This document shows positions 59,694 to 64,000 of a DNA stretch of 64,000 bases, piece after piece. Numbering within the stretch: the stretch's first letter is position 1; every line of letters starts with the position of its first letter. The notes below the pieces were generated by a model. The model was not told the origin of the DNA and did not search any database. It saw only the letters and a program-made list of their open reading frames with translations. The stretch is from Sporopachydermia quercuum (Eukaryota): NCBI GenBank assembly GCA_001599295.1, contig BCGN01000005.1, positions 1,054,001 through 1,118,000 of the forward strand, written 5' to 3'. A program made the position numbers and the translations under genes.

Positions 59694-60225
59694 GATGAAT
59701 AATATATCGAGTATCGGTATACAACTTTTTTTGCTTTCAAAACTTTAACGTCTTTAATTAATTGTTGCTAAACCAGTATGTCCCACTTGAAGTGCTCCAT
59801 TGAAACAATCCTGTTCCAATTACTCTACAATGGCGTATGAAACAGAAAAGAAGAGGCAAAGTAGGTACAACAGTAAAACTTTTGTGGCCATCAATCAGTT
59901 CAGAATCCCAATTCAATTGATGATTATTTCAATAACCTTTTTAGGTCTTTCCCCTGTTCCTGTTGAACTTTAACTCTAACACCACAACTTTATTTACTTA
60001 GTATCTCATCTCGTGTCTTGAGGATTTTCAGCACCGTTGCCAGACAGTACTCCAGCTACCGGACACCTAGAAGTATTGGTAGGCAAGAAGTGAAAGTATC
60101 AAAGAAGAAACAAAATGGAGACTTAAAAGAGCCAATAGAGAGATACTGATTGATAGAAAGAATGAGGAGCAAACTTGAGAATTATCTATAGAAAGAAAAG
60201 AATATACATAAATTGTGCTTTGAGA

Positions 60226-60755
60226 ATGAAGGCTACTAGATTGCTATTTGTAAGGCCCAGAAGGCCAGGGCGAGAGACATCACCCTTGCTTCCCCCACTT
60301 CAGCTGTTTCGAAGAATCCTTCGTGCTCATAGGAAATATCTGGATCCCGAGCAAAGGAAACTGGGAGACTTATATGTGAAATCGGAATTCAAGCTTCATA
60401 AAAGTACGGAAAATCCTTTATATATAGTTGGCTTTTTAAGCTCGTGGCAAAAGTATGTGGAGAACGTCGAGGGTAGTAATTGGACAGAGGAGAAGCTGGA
60501 TATGAACACATTGAACAAAATGAGTGATGAACAAATAGTTCAGGTAAGTATATTGTTAGGTTGTTTTGCTTTTTAAAAGTTTACTTTATTAAAGCAGTCA
60601 AATGCTGACATCTATGGATATTATAGTTGTACGAGTTAATGAAGGCCTCCAAGGGATTACCTGAAGATGCGGAGATCGATGATTTAGAAACTTCAGGGCA
60701 ACAGAAAGCAGGAAACAGTGGTAATAATAGTCAAGGGAAAGGCTCGTCAGACTAA
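60226..60755 (+). CDS. SDH7: Succinate dehydrogenase assembly factor 3 (Sdh7/Acn9, LYR family), 2 exons
   Basis: LLPPLQLFRRILRAHR..L...QR.LGD.YVKSEFKLHK..ENP.YIVGFL.SWQ.Y. An intron from GTAAGT 60544 to TAG 60626 restores MSDEQIVQ|LYELM. Confidence 0.94.
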
Positions 60756-60882
60756 TTCTACTACTGGATCAGACAAAAATTGAGTGTTTGATATCATAAT
60801 TCATCTTGTATAGAACATTAAACATAACATAACATGTCACAACATAAACGTTTTTAGTTAGTTTTCCAGTTAGGCATATAAA

Positions 60883-61719
60883 CTAGAAATAATCCTTCAA
60901 TCCTGACCACGTATCACTATCCACATAAATGAACTTCATTGAATGTTCAAGACTGCTTTGTAGTATACCGGGATGGGTACGATATAGCCACATGACAAGA
61001 CCCCAACTTAAAGAACTAAAGATAGCCCAGGAGGCATTCTCAATGCTCAATTTCTTGTTGTTAATCTTATGGAATATTGATGACCCTTTACTGGGTTTAC
61101 CAATGAAATCCTTAATTTCTACTTGTGAGTGTTTCCTATGTCCAAATTCTCGATATTTTCTCCACCCTTCAACAAATATCCTTGCTATTTTGATTGCCAA
61201 TAGTTTACCAAAAGCAAGGATTACTCGTGAAAACACGTACAACACAACTTGTGATGTAATTCCATTGTATGCTTTCCCTCTATCTCTGCCAAAAACAAGA
61301 TACCCTCCGGCCATCCCTGCCACCAGTGCATCTATACCATTAGATCTGTTATCCACATCTAGTTTGAACTTTGGGGTAAGAATTGCCTCACGATCTATCT
61401 TTATGTCCGGTATATTTCTTTGAAACTGAATATCTATGGCTCTTAGACTTTTCATTATCAATAATACAAGTTTATATATCATAGCAAAGCTAGCCAGAGC
61501 TCCTGCATGTGTTTTTGTAGCTGTTATGACACTTTCCAGTCTACTCATCCATGGTCCAGATTTAAACAGCAAACTCATCACTAGAGCATGCGACAATCTG
61601 ATTTTTCCTCCATAGACCAAGCCATTTCGACCAGCTTTAAAAATTGAAAGAAAATCATGAAGAACTGGCGATTGCACCAATTTATCTAGCGAATTATACA
61701 CCACTTTTCTACTATCCAT
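60883..61719 (-). CDS. Peroxisomal membrane protein 4 (PXMP4/PMP24, Tim17-like family)
   Basis: HD.LSI.K..RNGLVYG.KIR..HALVM, AT.THA..LA.FA.IYK, AG..GGY.VFG, QVVLYVFSRV and LQSSL..SM.FIY..SD.W. Confidence 0.92.
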   Translation of the reverse strand: MDSRKVVYNSLDKLVQSPVLHDFLSIFKAGRNGLVYGGKIRLSHALVMSLLFKSGPWMSRLESVITATKTHAGALASFAMIYKLVLLIMKSLRAIDIQFQRNIPDIKIDREAILTPKFKLDVDNRSNGIDALVAGMAGGYLVFGRDRGKAYNGITSQVVLYVFSRVILAFGKLLAIKIARIFVEGWRKYREFGHRKHSQVEIKDFIGKPSKGSSIFHKINNKKLSIENASWAIFSSLSWGLVMWLYRTHPGILQSSLEHSMKFIYVDSDTWSGLKDYF

Positions 61720-62605
61720 TATAAACAAGCTTGTTGATTGAAATTCGTTTTTTATGTGCCTCTAACAACTGTAATTATAACAAAGTGATGAACGAAAATA
61801 ATGATCATGCTATGCGTGTATATCCTGTTCCTGGAACCCCTCTTAAATCATACACAAAACTGTACTTCATAGACATAAATCAAGAAGATTACTGTAATTT
61901 TGAACTGAACTATTCGTTGTAGAAATATTATTCGTTTTCACTTGCTAATCAACCTTTTATTCAAGTAATTGATTGACAAAAGCTGGGGAGGAACTGCCTG
62001 AATAAACTATTTTTTGTATTGAGAGATAAAATTAAGTTTATGCCGAGGTTTCAGATGCAGGAGGGTATTTAATGATGATGTCATAAAAATATTCGGGGAA
62101 TAAGAATTATGGAGCGGTTCTAGAGATAAGAGCGATACACATAAACTCTGGAATTTTATAACTTTTGAGTTATGTAATATAAGTATACTATTGTTTTAGA
62201 CTACAGATTGACAGTTATACAATTTATTAACTCTCTCGGACACCTTAGGAAAAGTTGTAATTCAAACCATACATTCTGGCTCACTTCCATACTCACCATA
62301 CATAATCGATCCCAATAGCAGGAAAACGTGATTTCCAAAGCACCAGATATTTTCCGAATTCCGGAACCTATTTAGCACCATCTTTTCCGAACATGTTTTC
62401 GTTTCATCTCATCTCATCTTGCTCATACAGCATTTACACCGTTCCTTCTCTGTTGATTATAGTCATTTGAATATAAACTACATGAAGCTAATCAAATTGA
62501 ATCATATCAGGTTGCCAATTTGGCCAATTTGTTATTACAAAAGACTCATGTACAATTTGAACCTTTTGTCGTCTGCATTTGGTAGTTCATATTTTTGTTC
62601 GTATC

Positions 62606-64000
62606 ATGTCTCCAAGTTCTCGAAGTCCTCAAGGGTATGAGCCCTTGCCCGAAACCAACTCAGAAACATCAATTCTACAATACCAAACAACTATTCCTGA
62701 CTTGGAGCTTGAGGAAAATATATCTCCAGAGTCTATTACTTCTAAATGGGAGCTTTTTGGCTGGTACCTTACAAGTTGGGCTTCTGAACCTTTCATAGTT
62801 TCTGCAGTTGGTACGTATGTTCCATTGTTATTAGAACAGTTCGCAAGGGAGAACGGTGTTAAACTTGGTGATCATACTGTCAGATGTATTTTACCACCAT
62901 CGGAAAAACTGCCACCAGGAGATATTGGTGGTGATCCCGGAAGTATACCACCAGGTACTGGTGGAGATCAAGATCCTTCCAGAGAATGTGTGGTAATGAT
63001 TCTAGGGTCCTATATTGACACATCAAGCTTTGCTTTATACACATTCTCATTTTCAGTACTAGTGCAGACAATTGTGGTGATAAGTATGAGTGGAGCTGCT
63101 GATAAAGGTCATTATAGAAAAACTCTATTAATCACTTTTGGTGTGATTGGTGCTTTAACAACGATGATGTTCCTTACGCTTGATACGTCTCACTACTATT
63201 TTGCCTCGTTATTTGCTATACTATCTAATGCTAGCTATGGAGCAGTATCCGTATGTGCAAATTCTTATCTACCTATTTTAACAGGCCATCATCAACAAGT
63301 TTATTTGAATCAGCAACGATTGAGAACCGATTCTTCTTACTCATTATATAAGTACTTGGTTGATTTCAATAACTTAACATCACGCATATCTGGCACGGGT
63401 GCTTCATTAGGTTATTTGTCAGCTCTAATAGTTCAAGTGTCAACCATATACCTAGTAGTAAGATCAGGTAAGCAAGCATCATCTCTCCAGTTGGCAATAT
63501 TTGTTGTAGGCTTCTGGTGGCTAATATTTCAATTACCTCTGCCATGGTTGCTTAAGTCAAGATCTAAAGATCCAAATCTCAATGCAAACGGTATACCGTC
63601 CAACAAGTCTTCAAGGTTTGAGAATTTCATGAACAAAATAACAATGGGAGGTTGGGGCTATATAACCTTTGGCTGGAAGACACTTGAGGCTACTTTTCAT
63701 CAAGCAAGAAACATGAAGGATGTTGGTCTGTTTTTACTTGGCTGGTTTATTATCTCGGATGCTTTTACAACTATTAATTCTGCGGCAGTTTTATTTGCTA
63801 GAACTCAGCTGAAAATGTCAACTCCATCATTAGCTTTTGTGGGCGTACTTGTTGTGTTTTCTGGAATTCTTGGCTCAATTATTACACCAAGAATAATACT
63901 TCCTGGATTGAAACTAGGCCCTGTAGGTGGTATAATCTTTGTTATACTTTGGGCTGCTGTTGTACCTTTGTATGGTATTCTAGGATTCTACACACAAGCT
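62606..64000 (+). CDS. ATG22: Vacuolar amino acid efflux permease Atg22 (partial, runs off the right edge)
   Basis: Manual translation from ATG 62606: ...WELFGWYLTSWASEPFIVSAVGTYVPLLLEQFARENG...IDTSSFALYTFSFSVLVQ...SGAAD...FLLGWFIISDAFTTINSAAVLFA. Confidence 0.95.
   Translation, partial: MSPSSRSPQGYEPLPETNSETSILQYQTTIPDLELEENISPESITSKWELFGWYLTSWASEPFIVSAVGTYVPLLLEQFARENGVKLGDHTVRCILPPSEKLPPGDIGGDPGSIPPGTGGDQDPSRECVVMILGSYIDTSSFALYTFSFSVLVQTIVVISMSGAADKGHYRKTLLITFGVIGALTTMMFLTLDTSHYYFASLFAILSNASYGAVSVCANSYLPILTGHHQQVYLNQQRLRTDSSYSLYKYLVDFNNLTSRISGTGASLGYLSALIVQVSTIYLVVRSGKQASSLQLAIFVVGFWWLIFQLPLPWLLKSRSKDPNLNANGIPSNKSSRFENFMNKITMGGWGYITFGWKTLEATFHQARNMKDVGLFLLGWFIISDAFTTINSAAVLFARTQLKMSTPSLAFVGVLVVFSGILGSIITPRIILPGLKLGPVGGIIFVILWAAVVPLYGILGFYTQA

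Noticed and set aside
1..64000. CRISPR arrays, rRNA genes, LTR retrotransposons and prokaryotic operons
   Set aside because: No repeat-spacer arrays, rRNA-like sequence or gag/pol/LTR motifs were seen; the window is eukaryotic with spliceosomal introns.

Overview
This is a eukaryotic, AT-rich nuclear window from a budding yeast (Saccharomycotina-like). It uses the standard genetic code (CTG occupies conserved Leu positions), is relatively intron-rich (18 short GT-AG introns reconstructed, many with TACTAAC branch points) and has scattered N bases. Recognisable housekeeping genes are IWR1, SEC5, SMD3, VPS18/PEP3, GLR1, GRR1, BIR1, RRS1, OST2, PHO23, SDH7, a PXMP4-like gene and ATG22 (partial), plus a Crz1-family C2H2 factor. 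The most notable accessory content: (1) a three-gene cluster at 44.4-54.3 kb encoding a Zn2Cys6 regulator, a stand-alone biotin-dependent urea-carboxylase-like enzyme and a LamB/YcsF (PxpA) protein, with GATA-rich promoters, a candidate lactam/5-oxoproline nitrogen-utilisation system; (2) a decayed two-ORF PIF/Harbinger transposon at 3.3-5.4 kb that the ORF track misses; (3) an intronless DUF4259 gene, a candidate bacterial horizontal transfer; (4) a GLR1 mitochondrial-type N-terminal extension that lacks an AUG and may start at UUG; (5) a proline-iminopeptidase-like protein missing its catalytic serine; and (6) a decayed AT-rich reading frame at about 10-10.7 kb of unknown, possibly plasmid or viral, origin. 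All family assignments come from motif recognition by eye, not from database searches.
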